Assembly (NCBI GenBank): GCA_965222225.1
Contig: CBDCTK010000002.1
Coordinates: 1,632,001-1,696,000 of the forward strand
Length of the DNA: 64,000 bases
Source: Candidatus Poribacteria bacterium
GTDB taxonomy: Bacteria > Poribacteria > WGA-4E > JAJDTR01
Reading direction: 5' to 3'
Numbering within the stretch: position 1 is the first letter of the stretch; each line of letters begins with the position of its first letter. Shown piece after piece: positions 63,142-64,000 of this stretch. The position numbers were made by a program, and so were the translations under genes. A model generated the notes under the pieces. It saw nothing but the letters and a program-made list of their open reading frames with translations, did not search any database and had not been told where the DNA came from.

Positions 63142-64000
63142 ATGCAACAAACCGTGCAGAATGAATGTACGATTTCCGGACACGGTTTGATGTTCGGTGA
63201 GTTTGTTGAATTGACGCTCCGACCGGCGCCTCCCAATTCCGGGGTTGTCTTTCGACGGACAGATTTGCCCGATACGCCCGAGATTCGCGTCTGCCCAGAG
63301 AACTATGGCACTGTCGTCCCGCGTTGTACTAGCGTACAAGAGGGCGATGCGGTCGTCAATAGCGTCGAACATATTTTGTCAGCTCTCGCTGGACTTGGAA
63401 TTGATAATGTGAAGGTTGATATCAGCTCTTCCGAGCCGCCAGCGCTTGATGGGAGTGCCTTGCTCTATGTAAATCTCATCAAAAAAGGCGGTACCGCTCA
63501 ACAGGAAGTCCCTCGCAGCTATATCGAATTTGAAGAGCCGTTCGCCATTCATGAAGCGGATAGGCAAATCGTACTGCTACCCTCCGATTCATTACAGTTC
63601 TCCTTTGTCTACGACCATCCACAGATTCCGGCGCAAATTGGCACGTTTAGGATTGACCCTGAAACGTACGCCAAGGAGATTGCTCCGGCGCGCAGCTTTT
63701 GTTTCGCGGACGAGATCGACCTGCTAAAAAGCCAAGGGATTGGGAAGGGCGCATCTTACGACAACGTTGTCGTCGTTGAGGCAGATGGTAGCGCTAGCGA
63801 CTCGCTGCGATTTGAGGATGAATTTGTTAGGCACAAAATACTAGATTTGATTGGGGACCTGTACCTAGCGGGCCGCGGCCTCCGAGCTAATGTAATCGCG
63901 CTGCGAACGGGGCACACGCTGCATACGGAGCTCGTACTATCCTTAGCCGAAAAGGGATTCATCAACGGAGAGGCGCTTGAGCCTGTTGAAGCTCAGGAAA
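63142..64000 (+). CDS. lpxC: UDP-3-O-acyl-GlcNAc deacetylase, runs off the window (not in ORF track)
   Basis: MQQTV...PAPPNSGVVFRRTDL, VEHILSALAGLGIDN, DGSA, EIAPARSF, LRFEDEFVRHKILDLIGDL, GH. Confidence 0.93.
   Translation, partial: MQQTVQNECTISGHGLMFGEFVELTLRPAPPNSGVVFRRTDLPDTPEIRVCPENYGTVVPRCTSVQEGDAVVNSVEHILSALAGLGIDNVKVDISSSEPPALDGSALLYVNLIKKGGTAQQEVPRSYIEFEEPFAIHEADRQIVLLPSDSLQFSFVYDHPQIPAQIGTFRIDPETYAKEIAPARSFCFADEIDLLKSQGIGKGASYDNVVVVEADGSASDSLRFEDEFVRHKILDLIGDLYLAGRGLRANVIALRTGHTLHTELVLSLAEKGFINGEALEPVEAQE

Overview
About 50% GC bacterial chromosome segment, most likely Candidatus Poribacteria or a relative. This is inferred from the C-terminal GKxATTWGAIK tails, a dockerin + 'LPNYPNPFNPETWIPYQL' FlgD-like terminus and internalin-like LRR/WD40 proteins. 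Backbone genes: AzgA-type permease, class II terpene cyclase-like gene + glycosyltransferase, a rhamnose/sulfatase locus, purL-purQ, a LolA-like/FtsX/ABC/outer-membrane operon, acyl-CoA ligase-thiolase-DUF35, and yqgF-mltG-lpxC. Four IS copies are resolved to the base: two near-identical inverted IS1595, one IS701 in rhamnose isomerase, one decayed IS982-like. The most unusual part is ~31.2-42.2 kb, a tandem array of about four related modules. Each starts with part of a conserved non-coding leader, which where complete ends in a consensus sigma-54 promoter driving translationally coupled secreted beta-propeller paralogs with a shared TWG tail. Each ends in convergent phage-like genes: an unknown ~150-aa family (3 copies, 1 absent from and 1 cut short in the ORF track), coiled-coil+TM proteins (3 copies) and an MOA-like protease. 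Defence debris follows (DUF5131, hicB-truncated hicA, orphan type III Res). No database searches were run; family names come from motif recognition.
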